Assembly: GCA_964478315.1 (NCBI GenBank)
Contig: CAYZID010000001.1
Span: 14,619-78,618 of the forward strand
DNA from: an uncultured Myxococcales bacterium
GTDB lineage: Bacteria; Myxococcota_A; UBA9042; PHBI01; JAAZYN01
Direction: 5' to 3'
Length of the DNA: 64,000 nucleotides
Within the stretch, counting starts at the first letter, position 1, and the number at the start of each line of letters is the position of its first letter. Under the pieces are notes generated by a model. The model was given only the letters and a program-made list of their open reading frames with translations, searched no databases and had not been told where the DNA came from. Position numbers and translations under genes: made by a program. Positions 1 through 11,132 of this stretch are shown here, in pieces.

Positions 1-330
1 GACGAGGAGAACCCTCCCAAGAAGAAGCTCGCCGACGTCATCCAGTACGAGCAGACCCAGGAGACCTTCCTGTCCAAGCGCAAGCGTCGCCGCCGCAAGG
101 GCAAGGACCCCGAGCTGGGCTACTTCCGGCGCGACCAGAAGGTGAAGCTCTCGGAGGTCGTTCCCTTCCGCGCGGTCTATGACTTCTTGGACCGCGTGGA
201 GCGCAGCGACAAGATGCTCTTCGTGACCGAGGTGGACCTGCGACGCCAGTACAACAACGGGCTGCTGGCGCGAAAGAACGCGGCCATCACCATCGCCACG
301 TTCTTCTATAAGGCGGAGGAAGAGGAGTAA
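1..330 (+). CDS. hypothetical protein, 3' end only (5' part lies outside the window)
   Basis: Open frame from base 1 to TAA at 328-330. GC-rich third codon positions. No recognisable motif. Confidence 0.4.
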   Translation, partial: DEENPPKKKLADVIQYEQTQETFLSKRKRRRRKGKDPELGYFRRDQKVKLSEVVPFRAVYDFLDRVERSDKMLFVTEVDLRRQYNNGLLARKNAAITIATFFYKAEEEE

Positions 331-332
331 CC

Positions 333-1904
333 ATGCGCCGGTTCCTGACCCGCCTAGCCCTGTGGATGGGCTACCTGCTGCTATTCCTGACGCTCACCGT
401 CACCTTCTTCGTGCTGGGCTTCCCCGACGAGCCCGTGCGCCAGCGCGCCGAGGTGGAGCTGAGTCGGTTGACGGGCGGCCGTGCGCAGATCGACGCGCTG
501 AGCCTGTCCGGGCTGGGCGGTGTCGAGGTAGAGGGCGTGCGCGTCTTCCTCAAGCCCATCAAGCCCAAGGTCCTGCCCGGGCAGGCCGCGCCCGCGGAGT
601 CCGCGGCGCCCGAGGAGGGGGCCAAGGCCGGCGCCCACAAGCCGAGAAAGAAGAAGAAGCGTCCGCGCGTCGTGGAGGTCGAGCGCCTCTCGGCGAGCGC
701 CGCCGTGACGCCGTGGATCTTCGGGGGCGTCAAGACGGTGGACTTCGAGGGCGAGGTCCTCCACGGGACCCTTGCGGACGGGCGCGTGGAGTACGACCCG
801 GACACCAAGGCGACGACCGTGCGCGTGGGCCAGCTCGACGGCGCGCGGCTCGGGCCCGAGCAGCTCGTCAAGGGGCTCGTGGGCTACGACCTGCGCGGCT
901 CCCTCGCGGGGAGCCTGGAGGTGACCTTTGGGGCCAAGCCCGAGGACCTCCGGGGGCACCTGGACCTCGTCCTCAAGGACGCGCGCATCGTCAAGCCGAC
1001 CATCCCCCCCACGCCCCAGATGCCCGCGCCCATCGAGCTCAGCGACATGGCGCTGGGAGACCTCAAGCTCAAGCTGGAGGTGGACAAGCTGTCGAACATC
1101 GCCGCGCTCAAGCGGCCACGGGCCCGCCAGCGGGACCTGGTCGTCGTCCACTTCTCGGACGTGAGCGCCGAGAGCGACGACGTCGCCCTGGCCGTGGACG
1201 ACCGCAGCGTCATCCGGCTGCTGCCGGGCAAGCCCATGGGCGAGGCCGTGGCGGATCTGCACCTGTCCGTGCAGGTCATGGACGCCTACGTGAACAAGAA
1301 GGTGAAGGACGCCGACGGCCACACCTCGCAGCCCAACAAGATCCTGCGCATGGCGCTCAAGCAGGATCGCCGCGTGCGGGCCGCGACGCGCAACGGGATC
1401 CTGGGCATCTACTGTCGCGGCAAGCTGGCGCACATCGACTGCGGGCTGGAGCGTCCCCGACGCGGGAGCTTCAAGAAGCGCAAGCCCTCCTTCGGGGCCG
1501 GCGCCAAGTCCACCAAGCCCGACAAGCCCCGCGGCACCGACCGCAAGCGCGATCGACCCAGCGCGCGTCCCCGGACGCACAAGCCCAGCACCTCGTCCGG
1601 GCGGCTCCGGGACCGCAAGGTGGACCGAGCGCCGCGGCCACCGCGGCCGCCGCGGCCCGCGCGCGCGACGCCGGCGCGCCCGAGCCCCCCGCCCCCGCGC
1701 AGCGCCGTCATGCCGCTCCGGGCCCAGCCCGTGCGCGCCGAGCCCATCGTCGCGCCGCCCGTCCCCGAGCCCGCCAGCGCCCAGGACGAGGAGGGCGGGG
1801 CCGACGACGAGGCGGAGGCCGGGGACGAGGATGGCGAGCCCGAGGAGGCCGGCGAGCCCGAGGAGGCCGTGGGCGAAGGCGAGGAGGGCGAGGCGCCCGA
1901 GTGA
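333..1904 (+). CDS. membrane-anchored hypothetical protein with a basic Pro/Arg/Lys-rich segment followed by an acidic C-terminal tail
   Basis: ATG 2 nt after the upstream stop, preceded by GGAGGAAGAGGAG. N-terminal hydrophobic helix (LALWMGYLLLFLTLTVTFFVLGF). C-terminal 150 aa of low complexity: KKRKP...RPPRPPRPARATPARPSPPPP, then DEEGGADDEAEAGDEDGEPEE. Confidence 0.55.
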   Translation: MRRFLTRLALWMGYLLLFLTLTVTFFVLGFPDEPVRQRAEVELSRLTGGRAQIDALSLSGLGGVEVEGVRVFLKPIKPKVLPGQAAPAESAAPEEGAKAGAHKPRKKKKRPRVVEVERLSASAAVTPWIFGGVKTVDFEGEVLHGTLADGRVEYDPDTKATTVRVGQLDGARLGPEQLVKGLVGYDLRGSLAGSLEVTFGAKPEDLRGHLDLVLKDARIVKPTIPPTPQMPAPIELSDMALGDLKLKLEVDKLSNIAALKRPRARQRDLVVVHFSDVSAESDDVALAVDDRSVIRLLPGKPMGEAVADLHLSVQVMDAYVNKKVKDADGHTSQPNKILRMALKQDRRVRAATRNGILGIYCRGKLAHIDCGLERPRRGSFKKRKPSFGAGAKSTKPDKPRGTDRKRDRPSARPRTHKPSTSSGRLRDRKVDRAPRPPRPPRPARATPARPSPPPPRSAVMPLRAQPVRAEPIVAPPVPEPASAQDEEGGADDEAEAGDEDGEPEEAGEPEEAVGEGEEGEAPE

Positions 1905-2063
1905 GGAGGCCGCCTGGGCCCGAGCCCACCGGGCTCGGGCGGGAGACTTTGGAAACCGTGTGTTTCTTGACGGTTGCGTGCTCATGTGGTGGGCTCGTGC
2001 GGGCCGGAGAGGGCCGCGCGGAGCGACACCCCTGGGCGCCCCAGGGAGCGGGGAGGGCGAGCG

Positions 2064-4190
2064 GTGCTGGAGCTGGGGACGGTGAGGCGCGAGGTGTGGC
2101 TGGGCGTCGCGGGCGGAGGCGTGCTCCTGGGCGCCCTGGTGGGGCTCCTTTTCTCAGGGCCCGGAGAGCCGGGCCGCGCGCCGGAGGGGGCCGTGTCCCA
2201 GGGGGACGCGGGGGAGGGCCCCACGGCGGGGGCCACAGCGGGCGATGGCAAGCACCGCGCGAGCGAGCCCGCCGCGGAGGGAGCCGCAGAGGAGGGCGCG
2301 CTGGGACCCGTGCTGGACGCCCTGGAGGCGGCCCATGAGGAGCTCCACGGGAGCGCTGGGGCTGCGGGCGCCGGGGAGACCACCGACGATCGGGCCCTGG
2401 ATCGCGCGCTCGTGGCGGGCAAGCGGCACCTGAAGATCCTTCGGGCCTTTTATCGGAAGGTGGGCGGCAGTGTGTTCGTGGACGGAGGCCACCTGACGCC
2501 GGTGGCCCGAGCCCTGATCGAGCGCCTGGAGACCTTGGGAGACGAGGGGCTCAACCCGGCGGACTACGGGATGCCGGGGCTGGGACGCGAGGCGCGGAGG
2601 GTGAGCGGGGGCGATGGGGCTGGGGTCCAGGCCCCCGCGGGCGCGGGGGCGGCGGGGCCCGTCCTCGTGCGGCTGTTGCGGGCGCCGGAGTTCGACCGCG
2701 AGGACGCGCGGCGGCGCCTCGGGGCGGCGGGGGGGCATCCCACGGCCGCCCACGTCATCGCTACGGCGACGCTGCTCAAGGCCGCCCGGGCGCGGGCTGG
2801 CACGGGCGAGCACGCGGCGCTGGAGGCGCGGCTGGCGAGGGCGCTGCTTCAGTACGTGCTGGACATGCGGATCTACCGCCGCGCGGGCCCCTTCACCGTG
2901 ACGCGCAACGAAGACGAGTTCGCGGCCTACGGCGACCGCCCCAAGCGCACCGTTGCGTGGATGGTCGGTGTCGTGGAGGCCGCCGATCCCGCGGTGGCGC
3001 TCCGCAAGTTGGAGCCGCGGAACCCCCACTACCGAGCGCTCGTGGAGCAGCATAGGCGCTACCGCGGTTACGCGGCCAAGGGGTGCCAGGAGAAGCTGGG
3101 CAAGGGCCTGCGGCTCAAGGAGGGGCGCAGCGGACCGCCCGTGGCGGCGCTCCAGCGGCGGCTCGCCTGTGAGGGCTACTACGAGGGCCCCGTGGACGGT
3201 GTGTTCTCGCCCGCGGTGACCGAGGCGGTGCGGGCCTACCAGCGCCATCACCAGCTCCCGGCTACGGGGCTCGTGAAGAACATGACCGTCTCCAGCCTGA
3301 ACGTGCCCCTGGACAAGCGGGCCAAGATCATCGCCCTGGGGCTCCAGCGCATGCGCGAGTCCCTGACCAACGACGCGGAGCCCTTCTACGTGCGGGTGAA
3401 CATCCCGGCGTTTCAGCTCGAGGTCATCGATGGGCAGAAGATCGTCCGGCGCCACAAGGTCATCGTGGGGACGAACCGCCTGGACGACGACAAGGTGCGG
3501 CTGGTCCAAGGGCACATCAACCGGACGAAGCTGTTCAAGACGAAGATCTACCAGGTCATCGTGAACCCGGACTGGATCCTCCCCAAGCGGGTGGAGAAGG
3601 GAGAGGTGAAGGCGAAGCTGGCCGAGGATCCCGACTACCTCAAGAAGCACAACATCCGCCGCGTGACCTTGGACGACGGGCAGCAGGTGCTCATCCAGGG
3701 GCGGGGAGAGCTCAACGTGCTCGGGCGCGTGAAGCTGCTGCTGGAGAAGTCGTCGGCCATCTACCTCCACGACACGAACGACCGCAGCATGTTCCGGCAC
3801 GCCCGACGCGACCTGTCGCATGGGTGTGTGCGCGTGCACAAGGCCGTGCAGTTCGCCAAGTGGCTGCTCGCCCACGACGGCTGGGACGAGCGCGAGATCG
3901 ACAAGAGCTTCCGCTACGAGACCACACAGCGTGGCATGAACCTGCACCACAAGGTGGACCTCATCACCGAGTACATCACGGTGGACGTGTCCGACGAGGG
4001 GCACGTGACCTTCTACGACGACGTCTACGGCTACGACCGCGCCTTCTTCCAGGGCAAGCTGCCGCCCCAGGTGGAGGCGCGCTGGGGGAGCCCGGTCATG
4101 CGGCCGAGCTGGGTGCCCAGCGTCCCCGCGGACGTGGTGGAGGGCTGGCGGCGGGCCGGGAAGCCGGCGCCCCGGAACTACAAGCCCTGA
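2064..4190 (+). CDS. L,D-transpeptidase family protein (YcbB/LdtD-like) with peptidoglycan-binding domain
   Basis: YkuD catalytic motif (HDTNDRSMF...SHGCVRV). PG_binding_1-like segment (LQRRLACEGYYEGPVDGVFSPAVTEAVRAYQRHHQL). Start taken as GTG at 2064 preceded by GGGAGGG and followed by a hydrophobic signal/TM segment. Alternative in-frame ATG at 1974. Confidence 0.8.
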   Translation: MLELGTVRREVWLGVAGGGVLLGALVGLLFSGPGEPGRAPEGAVSQGDAGEGPTAGATAGDGKHRASEPAAEGAAEEGALGPVLDALEAAHEELHGSAGAAGAGETTDDRALDRALVAGKRHLKILRAFYRKVGGSVFVDGGHLTPVARALIERLETLGDEGLNPADYGMPGLGREARRVSGGDGAGVQAPAGAGAAGPVLVRLLRAPEFDREDARRRLGAAGGHPTAAHVIATATLLKAARARAGTGEHAALEARLARALLQYVLDMRIYRRAGPFTVTRNEDEFAAYGDRPKRTVAWMVGVVEAADPAVALRKLEPRNPHYRALVEQHRRYRGYAAKGCQEKLGKGLRLKEGRSGPPVAALQRRLACEGYYEGPVDGVFSPAVTEAVRAYQRHHQLPATGLVKNMTVSSLNVPLDKRAKIIALGLQRMRESLTNDAEPFYVRVNIPAFQLEVIDGQKIVRRHKVIVGTNRLDDDKVRLVQGHINRTKLFKTKIYQVIVNPDWILPKRVEKGEVKAKLAEDPDYLKKHNIRRVTLDDGQQVLIQGRGELNVLGRVKLLLEKSSAIYLHDTNDRSMFRHARRDLSHGCVRVHKAVQFAKWLLAHDGWDEREIDKSFRYETTQRGMNLHHKVDLITEYITVDVSDEGHVTFYDDVYGYDRAFFQGKLPPQVEARWGSPVMRPSWVPSVPADVVEGWRRAGKPAPRNYKP

Positions 4191-4216
4191 GCCTCGGAAC
4201 TACAAGCCCTGAGCCT
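4173..4216 (+). repeat. perfect 22-bp tandem duplication (cggaactacaagccctgagcct x2) spanning the stop codon of the L,D-transpeptidase gene
   Basis: Read directly: 4173-4194 is identical to 4195-4216. The first copy contains the TGA at 4188-4190. Confidence 0.8.
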
Positions 4217-4230
4217 GGCGGTGGCCGTGG

Positions 4231-4740
4231 CTACTTGGCCACGCAGACCTTGTAGACGCCCACCGTTCCATAGATGGACTCGGGCAGCGCGCAGTCCGTG
4301 TACTGGTCGCCCAGCGCCGCGCAGTCGCTCACGCTCTCACAGGGTGGCAGGCACATGGAGATGATGGGCTCGCTGCTCTTGCCTGGGAAACGGACGCACT
4401 CGCCCGCCGTAGCTTGGGCGGGGTCCACGCCCGCCGGGCTGTAGTCCACGCCGCAGTCGCTGTTGGCGCCGCACGAGCAGTCCTTGGTGCAGACCTTGAA
4501 CGCGCCGCCGGTGATGGCGGGGCTGGCGACGCAGCGCCCGTACTGGCAGTCGGCGTCCTGCTGGCAGACCTGGCCGTGGCCGAGCCCGTCGGGGTTGCTG
4601 AGGACCGGGTCCTGGCAGGTCGTGCCGTCGTCGCCCCCCAGGCTGTCGCAGGCTGGGGCGCTCGTGGCCAGGGCGAGGAGCGCGGCCGCGCCCAGTAGGG
4701 CCCACGGCGCGCGGCGGCCGGACAGGGGGAAGGGCGTCAT
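4231..4740 (-). CDS. secreted Cys-rich lipoprotein, unknown function
   Basis: Signal peptide with lipobox (LLALATSAPAC). 16 Cys in 169 aa. GAGGAG 7 nt upstream of ATG. Confidence 0.55.
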   Translation of the reverse strand: MTPFPLSGRRAPWALLGAAALLALATSAPACDSLGGDDGTTCQDPVLSNPDGLGHGQVCQQDADCQYGRCVASPAITGGAFKVCTKDCSCGANSDCGVDYSPAGVDPAQATAGECVRFPGKSSEPIISMCLPPCESVSDCAALGDQYTDCALPESIYGTVGVYKVCVAK

Positions 4741-5000
4741 GGGGAGGCTCCTCTGAGGTTCGTGGCGGGGTGTTGGCGGGGGGCCCGCGTCGTGACCCTA
4801 GACCGCGCTGCGGAGCGTGATACTATGCCCCCCCCTCCGGGGCCGCGCAATCGAGCGGCCCTGGCGGGGGCGGTCCCCCGACAGGCGGTGGTCTGCGGCG
4901 GCGCAGGAGTTGGCGCCGACGTGCCAGCGCGACGGACCCACGCGCACCCCTCGGGTGGGGTGAGCGTGTCGCCCCTCAGCCCTCGAGCCACAGGTAGGCC

Positions 5001-6335
5001 TTGGACGGAAGCGCCGGTGAGATCCTCGCGATCCTTGTCCTCGTCGGGTTCTCAGCCATCTTCTCGGGCATGGAGAGCGCCCTGTTCAGCCTCTCGGAGG
5101 TGAAGCTCCGGGGGCGCGCCGAGGAGCGCGGCTCGCTGCCCAAGATGCTGGCCCTGTGGCTCTCCGACCCCAACCGTGTCCTGGCGGCCATCCTGGTTGG
5201 CAACAACCTCGCCAATATCACGGCCAGCGCGCTGGCGACCGACTTCGCCGCCGAGGCCTTCGCGGGCTCCGACCTCGCGGGGGGCTGGGCCATGTCCATC
5301 GCCGTGGGGGTCATGACCTTCTTGATCCTCGTGGCTGGCGAGGTGGTGCCCAAGACCGTCGCCAAGCACAACCCGGAGAAGTATCTGCTCTTCCTCCCTG
5401 TGCTCCACCTGACCTACGCCGTCTTCTACGTCCCCACGCGCGCCCTGGAGGGGCTCACGCGTCGCGTCGTCCACGCCTTCGGTGGCTCGCTGACCAGTGA
5501 CTCGGTGACGGTGACCGAGGAGGACATCGAGACCATGGTCCGCATCGGCAAGCAGGACGGCTCCATCGACCCCGAGGCCACGCGCTTCCTCACGGGCGTG
5601 CTGGAGCTGGATGAGACGCTCGCCCGGGAGATCATGGTCCCGCGCACCGACGTCGTGGGCGTCCCCATCGACGCCAGCGTGGAGGAGGCCATCGCCAAGG
5701 TTCGAGAGGCCGGGTTTTCGCGGTTCCCGGTTTATGAGGGGACGCTCGACAAGGTCGTGGGGGTGCTCTACGCCAAGGACCTCCTCGTGGCGGTGGACGC
5801 CCACGGCTCCAAGGGCTTGAGCCTCCGTGACATCGTGCGTAGGCCGCTGTTCCGTCCCGGGAACATCGACGTGCAGCGCCTGCTGGTGGACATGAAGCGG
5901 GAGCGCGTTCACATGGTCATGCTCGTGAGCGAGTATGGCGGCATCGCGGGCGTCGTGACGCTGGAGGACATCGTCGAGGAGGTCTTCGGGCCCATCTACG
6001 ACGAGCACGACGGCGTCGAGGCGGTGCGGGCGGTGTCCGACTCGGCGATCCACGTGCCCGGCGTTTGCACCATCAGCGATCTCCGCAACGACCTAGGCGT
6101 GGAGATCGAGGAGGACGAGGACTACACGACGGTGGCGGGGCTCCTCATGCGTGCGGCGGGCGAGATCCCGGCGCCTGGCTTTGTCCACGTCATCGACGGT
6201 TGGCGCTTCGAGGTCATGGAGGCCGACGAGACGCGGATCTTGGACGTGGAGGTGCGCCGTGTGGACGGCGGGGCGTTCACGACGCAGAGCCCCGAGGCCA
6301 GCGAGGGCGCGGGTTCTCACGGGGAGCCCTCGTGA
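5001..6335 (+). CDS. HlyC/CorC (CNNM) family transporter: DUF21 membrane domain, CBS pair, CorC_HlyC C-terminal domain
   Basis: N-terminal TM helices (ILAILVLVGFSAIFSGMESALFSL). CBS-like pair (REIMVPRTDVVGV...; RDIVRRPLFRPGN...). C-terminal transporter-associated domain (EYGGIAGVVTLEDIVEEVFG). TTG start immediately after an in-frame stop. Confidence 0.8.
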   Translation: MDGSAGEILAILVLVGFSAIFSGMESALFSLSEVKLRGRAEERGSLPKMLALWLSDPNRVLAAILVGNNLANITASALATDFAAEAFAGSDLAGGWAMSIAVGVMTFLILVAGEVVPKTVAKHNPEKYLLFLPVLHLTYAVFYVPTRALEGLTRRVVHAFGGSLTSDSVTVTEEDIETMVRIGKQDGSIDPEATRFLTGVLELDETLAREIMVPRTDVVGVPIDASVEEAIAKVREAGFSRFPVYEGTLDKVVGVLYAKDLLVAVDAHGSKGLSLRDIVRRPLFRPGNIDVQRLLVDMKRERVHMVMLVSEYGGIAGVVTLEDIVEEVFGPIYDEHDGVEAVRAVSDSAIHVPGVCTISDLRNDLGVEIEEDEDYTTVAGLLMRAAGEIPAPGFVHVIDGWRFEVMEADETRILDVEVRRVDGGAFTTQSPEASEGAGSHGEPS

Positions 6336-6560
6336 GGGAGCCCGCGTCGCCGCACCCGGCGCAAGAGCCGTTGCAAATGGGATGCCGGGCTCGACCTCGC
6401 GCGTTGACCGTCCAGAAGCCCTCCCCGTATAGTGGACGGGCGCTTGACGCGAGGGTGTGCGGCCCGCGGGCCAGGCGGCGAGACGGCGGGCGAACGAGGC
6501 GCAGGGCGCGGCCCATGCCAACGGGCGGCGCGCGAAGGCGACGGACGGAGGAGAGACGCC

Positions 6561-7328
6561 ATGAGCGACGGCAAGAGCAACGGCGACGATGGGGTCGTGA
6601 CCTCGGCGCCAGCCTCGGCGGTCGGGAGCCTGCTGACGGATCTCTTGAACGAGGCCAAGCAGGAGGTCCAGCGGGAGAGCGCCGACCTGGATCGCCAGCT
6701 CCAGAGCCGTGAGGAGCAGGAGCGCCTGGAGCGTCAGCGCGCCGAGGCCCGCAAGCGCGAGGAGCTCCAGCGCAAGCTCATCGAGGAGACCCGCAAGCGC
6801 AACGAGGCGCTCACGCGCAAGGAGAAGGCCGAGCAGGCCTCGCGCCAGGCGGTCGTCAAGGAGAAGAAGCACGACTCGCTGCTCATGCGCCTTCAGGGCG
6901 CGGCGGATGACGCTCGCGCCCAGGCCAAGAAGACGCGCATGATCCTCTTGGGGGTCCTGGTGCTGGTCCTCGTGGGTGGCGGTACGGCGGCGGCCCTCAT
7001 CCTCACGGCGCCCCCCGGGATGGAGCTGTCGGCCTACTCGTCGGTCACCGACGACATCACGCGCGAGATCCGCATCGAGTTCTTGGAGCTCAAGAACCAG
7101 GAGGCGGTCAAGCGCCTGGAGGCGGAGAAGGCGCGCCTGGACGGCCTGCTCGCGAGCGCCAAGAGCGCCGAGGAGAAGGCCAAGCTCCTGGAGCAGCAGA
7201 AGAAGGCCGCCGAGGCCCTGCTTCAGGCCAAGGAGGCCGAGGCCTTGCAGTCGCGCAAGCACGGTCGTCGCAAGGGACACAAGCGCGGACGCGGGGCCCC
7301 GAAGATCAACCTCAAGGGCGTCTTCTAG
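6561..7328 (+). CDS. coiled-coil protein with one transmembrane segment, unknown function
   Basis: ATG at 6561 preceded by GGAGGAGAG. Charged heptad-like region (ERQRAEARKREELQRKLIEETRKRNE). TM segment ILLGVLVLVLVGGGTAAALIL. Second coiled-coil and a basic tail. Ends 10 nt before the AAA ATPase gene. Confidence 0.5.
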   Translation: MSDGKSNGDDGVVTSAPASAVGSLLTDLLNEAKQEVQRESADLDRQLQSREEQERLERQRAEARKREELQRKLIEETRKRNEALTRKEKAEQASRQAVVKEKKHDSLLMRLQGAADDARAQAKKTRMILLGVLVLVLVGGGTAAALILTAPPGMELSAYSSVTDDITREIRIEFLELKNQEAVKRLEAEKARLDGLLASAKSAEEKAKLLEQQKKAAEALLQAKEAEALQSRKHGRRKGHKRGRGAPKINLKGVF

Positions 7329-7337
7329 CCGCCCGTC

Positions 7338-8834
<1,497 letters not shown>

Positions 8835-8943
8835 GCCGCCCTGGTCGACGGGCCCCCCGTCCTCTGCCCTCACGCCCAGCAAGAGGAAGGCCCGGCGCGC
8901 GAGAGCGGGCCGGGCCTCCGTGTAGGTGAGGTGTAGGGCGCCG

Positions 8944-10911
8944 TCAGTTGGACTTCACGCCCCAGAAGGTGGCGTCGATCTGCGTCTCGACGCTCCCGAG
9001 CTTGAGGTCCACCTTCCACGTGCAGGGCAGGGCCTTGGAGCCGAAGGTGTCCACGACCATGTCGCTGTCGATGTCGTAGAAGGTGCAGGTGGGCTCGGTG
9101 CCGAGCTGGAAGGCGTCGCCGGTGGAGGTGTCGAGGCCCACGAGCTGCTGCCGCAGGAAGTCGGCGCCCGTGGTCACCAGGAGCTCGCAGCCGCTCTCCG
9201 CCACCGACTGGATGGTGTCGCTGTCGGAGAGGTTCGTGGCGAAGAGCTGGCAGCACGTGGGGTCACCCGTGCTGGGCTGGAGGCACTCCTTGCCGGCGAG
9301 CAGGGCCTGGAGGAACTCCTCGTAAGTGTCGATGACGGGCTCCCCGGGCTCCGTGGGGATGATGATCTTCAGGAGCTGGTGCTCGATGATGTAGTTGAGC
9401 AGGGCGCCGTACTTGAGGTTCAGCGGGTGCTTGTAGATCGTCAGGTTCCAGAACTCGGAGACGTTCGCCTCGAAGCTCCCCAGCACGGCGTCCTCCTGGA
9501 TGGCCGCCGTGGAGAAGTTCATCTTCCCGCAGCTATCGTCCGTGGGTTGGCAGTTGGCGTCCACGAGCCACTTGACGACGACCGTGTGCCAGTTTTCCTC
9601 GGTCTGCGTGGCCTTCCAGTGGCCCGTCTCGTCGGGTTCGGACTTGAAGGTGAAGGTCGCCAGGATCTCGAAGTCCTGGATCATGTCGGCCAGGCTCTTG
9701 CCGCCGTTGAGGATGTCGCCCCAGACGCTGTCCTTGGAGTAGTTCTGGATGAGGTTGTCGATGATGGTCACGGCCATCTGCCCCACGGTGGTCAGGCCGT
9801 TGTCGATGTCGGGGTTCGTGGGATCGCTGAAGATGTAGCCGCACAGGTCGGTGAGGGTACCGATGTTCTGGGACGAGCCCAGGTCGCACATGAGCTTCAA
9901 GATGCCGCCCGTGGGGCTCTGGAAGATGTCGAGGATCGTGTTCACCCAAGGCTGGATGGACTCGGGGAGCGCCGACACGAAGTCGAAGTGGCTCGTGACC
10001 TCGTAGGAGCCCGCGTAGAGGGGCGGCCGGTCCAAGAGGTCGATGGTGACGCTGGACGAGTAGCCGTACTCGATGTCCACGGAGTCGCAGCCCCAGGCGA
10101 GCACGGCGTTGTTCTCGTTCACCGAGAAGGCGAGGACCGTGTAGGTCTGGGGGGTGTCCGTCTCCAGGCCCGGGAACTCGGTGAACTTCACCGTCTGGCT
10201 CAGGCTCGTGAGGGGGCTCTGCTGGTTGGCCGTGGCGTCGCTGTAGAGCGAGGAGATGTCGCTGCAGTCGGGCTTGCCCTGGTCGTTCTGGCGGTAGAGG
10301 CGCACGGTGTACTGCGTCGCCGGCCACTGCCCAGCGTACTTGCCGATGACCGTGAGCGGCACCTGGCCCTTGGGCGCGATGGTCACGTCGAAGCCAATGG
10401 GCGCCACGGAGGAGTCGGACACCGCCGCCTTGACCGTGAAGCCGCCCAGGAGCTGCTTGACGACCTGCACGTCCACCGCGGCGATGCCCTCGGCGTTCGT
10501 GTAGGCGCTGAGCGCGCTGAGCTTGCCGATGCCGTTGGGGTCGTCCTCGATGGCGAAGAAGACCACCTGCCCGGCGATGGGCTCGCCGTCGGCCGTGTAG
10601 CGGACCTCCAGGGTGCGCGAGCCGGTGAAGCTCAAGAACACGCTGCACACGTCCACGTCTTCGCCCTGACACGAGACGTCGTCGTCGCCCACGTCCATGA
10701 CGAACTCCAGGCGCTTGACCGCCTCGGGCGGGATCGTCGTGTCCGGGCCCGCGTCCTCCACGGGCTGCGCGTCCGCGCCGCCGTCACCGCCGGGCGTGTC
10801 GGCGAAGCCCGCCCCGATGTCGTCGACCGTCACGCGGGTGATCTCATCCCCACACCCCGCGACCCCCAACATCCCCGCCAGCGCGACCGCTGCCACCAAG
10901 TGTGTACGCAT
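8944..10911 (-). CDS. large secreted lipoprotein, unknown function
   Basis: ATG at 10911 gives MRTHLVAAVALAGMLGVAGCG (lipobox). Protein-like composition, whereas the opposite-strand 686-aa ORF is a V/D/G/E/L/H-rich antisense artefact. Confidence 0.55.
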   Translation of the reverse strand: MRTHLVAAVALAGMLGVAGCGDEITRVTVDDIGAGFADTPGGDGGADAQPVEDAGPDTTIPPEAVKRLEFVMDVGDDDVSCQGEDVDVCSVFLSFTGSRTLEVRYTADGEPIAGQVVFFAIEDDPNGIGKLSALSAYTNAEGIAAVDVQVVKQLLGGFTVKAAVSDSSVAPIGFDVTIAPKGQVPLTVIGKYAGQWPATQYTVRLYRQNDQGKPDCSDISSLYSDATANQQSPLTSLSQTVKFTEFPGLETDTPQTYTVLAFSVNENNAVLAWGCDSVDIEYGYSSSVTIDLLDRPPLYAGSYEVTSHFDFVSALPESIQPWVNTILDIFQSPTGGILKLMCDLGSSQNIGTLTDLCGYIFSDPTNPDIDNGLTTVGQMAVTIIDNLIQNYSKDSVWGDILNGGKSLADMIQDFEILATFTFKSEPDETGHWKATQTEENWHTVVVKWLVDANCQPTDDSCGKMNFSTAAIQEDAVLGSFEANVSEFWNLTIYKHPLNLKYGALLNYIIEHQLLKIIIPTEPGEPVIDTYEEFLQALLAGKECLQPSTGDPTCCQLFATNLSDSDTIQSVAESGCELLVTTGADFLRQQLVGLDTSTGDAFQLGTEPTCTFYDIDSDMVVDTFGSKALPCTWKVDLKLGSVETQIDATFWGVKSN

Positions 10912-11132
10912 CCCAAGCCCCTCGCCGTGCGGCTGTGCTGTGTCGTCCATGCCCGCGCCGCCCACCGCGGCGACCGTTGTTCCTAGGCGCCGGCAGTCTA
11001 CGAGCGCCCTCACGCCGAGGTCAAGCCCCCCGCCCACCTAACGCGCCGAAATCGAAATCATTTCCTGCTGTCACCAGCGCACGATGGCGCGCGCCTCGCC
11101 CGGCGTCGAGCCCGGTCGCGCGCCGCCGCGGC

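Noticed and set aside
362-2338. 658-aa plus-strand ORF, extremely Arg/Gly/Ala/Pro-rich
   Set aside because: Alternate frame overlapping the 333-1904 and L,D-transpeptidase genes. Low-complexity GC-frame artefact.
8926-10986. 686-aa plus-strand ORF
   Set aside because: Antisense of the 8944-10911 lipoprotein gene, which has a signal peptide and a protein-like composition.
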